DNA of 64,000 bases from Leyella stercorea. Lineage in GTDB: Bacteria; Bacteroidota; Bacteroidia; Bacteroidales; Paludibacteraceae. The position numbers and the translations under genes are program-made. The stretch covers positions 179 through 64,178 of the forward strand of contig CAVKQB010000005.1 in the NCBI GenBank assembly GCA_963658575.1. The letters are read 5' to 3'. The notes beneath the pieces are model-generated. The model saw only the letters and a list, made by a program, of their open reading frames with translations. It ran no database searches and was not told the origin of the DNA. Of this stretch, positions 63,240-64,000 are shown piece by piece (the first letter of the stretch is position 1; every line of letters begins with the position of its first letter).

Positions 63240-64000
63240 TTATTTCACTATCACTTTGTGTGTTTGCGTGCCGCATTTCACGATGTAGATGCCGCTGAGC
63301 GAACCGTTTTGGCGCGTTACATCGAGTCCGAGCACGGTGTAGATGCGCATGTCGTCGGTGCCGTAGATGCGTCCGTCGTGTGCAAAGATGGGTGCGTTCG
63401 TGACCGCCGGCTGCTCTATGGCTGTGGCGTTGCAAAGGGCGGTCAGTGCCACATTTTTAATCTCCCAGCACGAACCTTCGGCAGCCGTGGCGGCTACATA
63501 TTTGAAGGCGAAGTGCATGTTCTTTGCCAAAAATTCGGCGGGAATGGTTATTTCGCCCGAATTGACGAACGTCCAATTGGTGCCCGTGGGATAGTTTGGA
63601 ATGGTTATCTGCGTCCATGTGCCGGTCGATGGGTAGCCATCGACATAGTCGGCCGAAAGCCACAGGGTTTGCATGGTGGTTTTGTTGGCGGCAGTGCCTT
63701 TGTTGGCGGTGTGGTCGAAAGCAAGTACGGCTCGCTGATGTTTCGACAGGTCGAAAGCGGGCGACACCAGCCAATCCTCGTTGTTGTCGGAGCCAGTGCC
63801 GTTCATCCTAGCGTAGTGGTAGTTAGCATCTATAAACCAATCGTTGGTGCCACTCACATTTATCGAGGTGAAATCGCCCAATGTCGAGTAGAAGGTTTCG
63901 GTATAGGTAATGTTGCTGCACACGTCGTCTTCTTTGTCGCCGCTTCCGTCCGATTTCAGTGCCAAACCAATCAGATAGGGGTCGTGGTCGGAGTAGCGAT
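63240..64000 (-). CDS. secreted endonuclease/exonuclease/phosphatase-family protein with choice-of-anchor-J-like and T9SS C-terminal domains, partial (5' end beyond window)
   Basis: The frame stays open upstream of the ORF-track TTG at 63965 up to the window edge (...RYSDHDPYLIGLALKSDG; SDHDP is the EEP C-terminal motif). The DWLVSPAFDL region fits choice-of-anchor J. The C-terminus (IYTVLGLDV...GIYIVKCGTQTHKVIVK) resembles a Por secretion tail. Confidence 0.65.
   Translation of the reverse strand, partial: RYSDHDPYLIGLALKSDGSGDKEDDVCSNITYTETFYSTLGDFTSINVSGTNDWFIDANYHYARMNGTGSDNNEDWLVSPAFDLSKHQRAVLAFDHTANKGTAANKTTMQTLWLSADYVDGYPSTGTWTQITIPNYPTGTNWTFVNSGEITIPAEFLAKNMHFAFKYVAATAAEGSCWEIKNVALTALCNATAIEQPAVTNAPIFAHDGRIYGTDDMRIYTVLGLDVTRQNGSLSGIYIVKCGTQTHKVIVK

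Overview
This window looks like a chromosomal segment of a Bacteroidota (Bacteroidales-like) genome. All calls come from reading the sequence and the ORF track; no database search or folding program was run. Taxonomic evidence: the frdCAB fumarate reductase operon, PorQ plus three proteins with type IX secretion (T9SS) C-terminal sorting domains, a DUF5683 gene after parB, and TAnnTTTG -7 promoter boxes.

Housekeeping backbone: frdCAB, zapA, rny, ispE, panB, tilS, glmS, ansA, ribD, parAB, cmk, several glycosyltransferases, and an MltD-like lytic transglycosylase.

Accessory modules inserted in that backbone:
1. A clearly AT-rich DNA-phosphorothioation island (10843-15897): dndC, dndD, and a DndE-domain::HerA/FtsK-type ATPase fusion. 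No dndA, dndB or dndFGH is present in the window.
2. An AT-rich Type II restriction-modification (R-M) cassette (27878-29706), wedged so tightly that the methylase stop overlaps the alkaline phosphatase start codon.
3. A Fic gene followed by a Type III mod-res pair (44898-50565).
4. A hipBA toxin-antitoxin pair (2843-4238).

Main hunt results:
- A ~200-nt element precedes both the dnd operon and the Type III R-M operon. The two copies are paralogous, show compensatory base-pair changes, and can adopt two mutually exclusive folds. This suggests a shared, undescribed structured leader or cassette-junction element for DNA-modification operons.
- The intergenic DNA has unusual architecture. C-free, 7-nt-periodic TAG/GAGGAGT tracts of about 90 nt start exactly at stop codons. 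Recombining repeat modules recur in at least 8 spacers, including a 67-nt block identical at two loci. GC-clamped mini-hairpins with GNA triloops are abundant.
- A tight three-gene operon encodes an SPFH-GYF protein, a polytopic membrane protein, and a zinc-ribbon/TPR membrane protein.
- A 2427-aa T9SS cargo protein is paired with a small tail-anchored secreted protein.

Both window edges cut through genes: an EamA-type transporter on the left and a secreted EEP-type nuclease on the right.
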